A DNA stretch of 58,198 nt, from contig JAHFLO010000003.1 of the NCBI GenBank assembly GCA_023244855.1, positions 1-58,198 on the forward strand, in the 5' to 3' direction. This DNA comes from Candidatus Harrisonbacteria bacterium. GTDB lineage: Bacteria; Patescibacteriota; Minisyncoccia; UBA6257; UBA11618. Made by a program: the position numbers and the translations under genes. Positions 57,706 through 58,198 of this stretch are shown here, piece by piece (position 1 is the stretch's first letter; every line of letters starts with the position of its first letter). The notes beneath the pieces were generated by a model that saw nothing but the letters and a program-made list of their open reading frames with translations, was not told where the DNA came from and ran no database searches.

Positions 57706-57802
57706 GATTACCCTCCGTGAGCTTAGTGAGGTGGGCTGAAACCTACGCTAGGCGCTAATATAGCACAGGTATAAGTTTTTAGTCAAGTCTTTCTGTGGAG
57801 AA

Positions 57803-57951
57803 GCTAAGGATGATTAATAATAAGATGAATCGTCCTCGTCGCTTCGCTTCCCTCGGACGCCCCTTTTCGAATTCTAACCTTTCCGCCTGCTGGCGGATCG
57901 GGATGAATTCGAGCGTCGGCCAAGGACGGGGCTTCGCCCCTTTTCCTTAGC
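57803..57951. other. Multi-hairpin intergenic element
   Basis: Terminal 8-bp inverted repeat gctaagga/tccttagc enclosing three hairpins. Confidence 0.45.
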
Positions 57952-57994
57952 ACAATTAAAAGCCGGCCCAATGTGGGTCGACTTTTAATTGTGC
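57950..57994 (-). terminator. Hairpin directly after tRNA(CAT)
   Basis: gcacaattaaaag...ccca-atg-tggg...cttttaattgtgc. Confidence 0.6.
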
Positions 57995-58063
57995 CAAGGG
58001 CGAGGATCGAACTCGCGACAGTCGCCTTATGAAAGCGATGCTCTACCACTGAGCTACCTTGGC
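57992..58063 (-). tRNA. tRNA with CAT anticodon (elongator Met or Ile2)
   Basis: GCCAAGG/CCTTGGC acceptor, TCGCT-TTCATAA-GGCGA anticodon arm, T loop TTCGATC. Confidence 0.92.
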
Positions 58064-58111
58064 GTGATAATTGCTCAGTATAACGTTCTTGTTTCAAAAA
58101 ATAAATACACG

Positions 58112-58120
58112 TGGTATAAT
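58112..58120 (+). promoter_or_regulatory. Extended -10 promoter of tRNA-fMet
   Basis: TGGTATAAT 5 nt before the tRNA. Confidence 0.7.
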
Positions 58121-58125
58121 AGCCT

Positions 58126-58197
58126 TGCGGCGTGGAGCAGTGGCAGCTCGCCGGGCTCATAATCCGGAGGTCGTCCGTTCGAATCGGACCGCCGCAA
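58126..58197 (+). tRNA. Initiator tRNA-fMet (CAT)
   Basis: TGCGGCG-TGGAGCAG...AGCTCG-CCGGG-CTCATAA-TCCGG; A11:U24 D-stem of initiator type. Confidence 0.92.
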
Positions 58198-58198
58198 C

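Noticed and set aside
57804..58160. 118-aa minus-strand ORF
   Set aside because: Runs across two tRNA genes and hairpins; spurious
1..58198. Alternative genetic code (UGA=Gly as in Gracilibacteria/Absconditabacteria)
   Set aside because: Long genes are intact under code 11 and TGA serves as a stop (for example mraZ and the ATGA overlaps)

Overview
Chromosomal segment of a small-genome bacterium, very probably Patescibacteria/CPR (Parcubacteria-like). This assignment is inferred from the ThrRS lacking its N-terminal/editing region, the PheT lacking its OB-fold insert, no rimM in rpsP-khpA-trmD and no rplA after rplK. The window carries housekeeping blocks: ddl/murF/dcw (mraZ-rsmH-ftsL-PBP), rplJL, trmD, rpsP, rnc, nusB, rpmF, rnhB, dnaE, thrS, gatB, secE-nusG-rplK, gyrB, pheST and four tRNAs. 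It also carries a ~27 kb surface-glycan locus (22.7-49.7 kb) of GT2/GT4/GT-C glycosyltransferases, methyltransferases, deacetylases, a flippase and an acyltransferase. No CRISPR array, rRNA or transposase was recognised. The most unusual observations are as follows. (1) Five solitary accessory genes each have their own promoter, Shine-Dalgarno and intrinsic terminator, whereas many housekeeping genes look leaderless; at least one of the five has a Planctomycete-type prepilin N-terminus. (2) A tandemly duplicated, unnamed two-gene membrane module lies inside the glycan locus. (3) An unannotated zinc-ribbon microprotein is coupled to rnc. (4) There is a 42-bp palindrome before trmD, a possible homopolymer frameshift, non-canonical tRNA features and a structured element beside a tRNA. 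All family calls are by-eye motif recognition; no searches were run.
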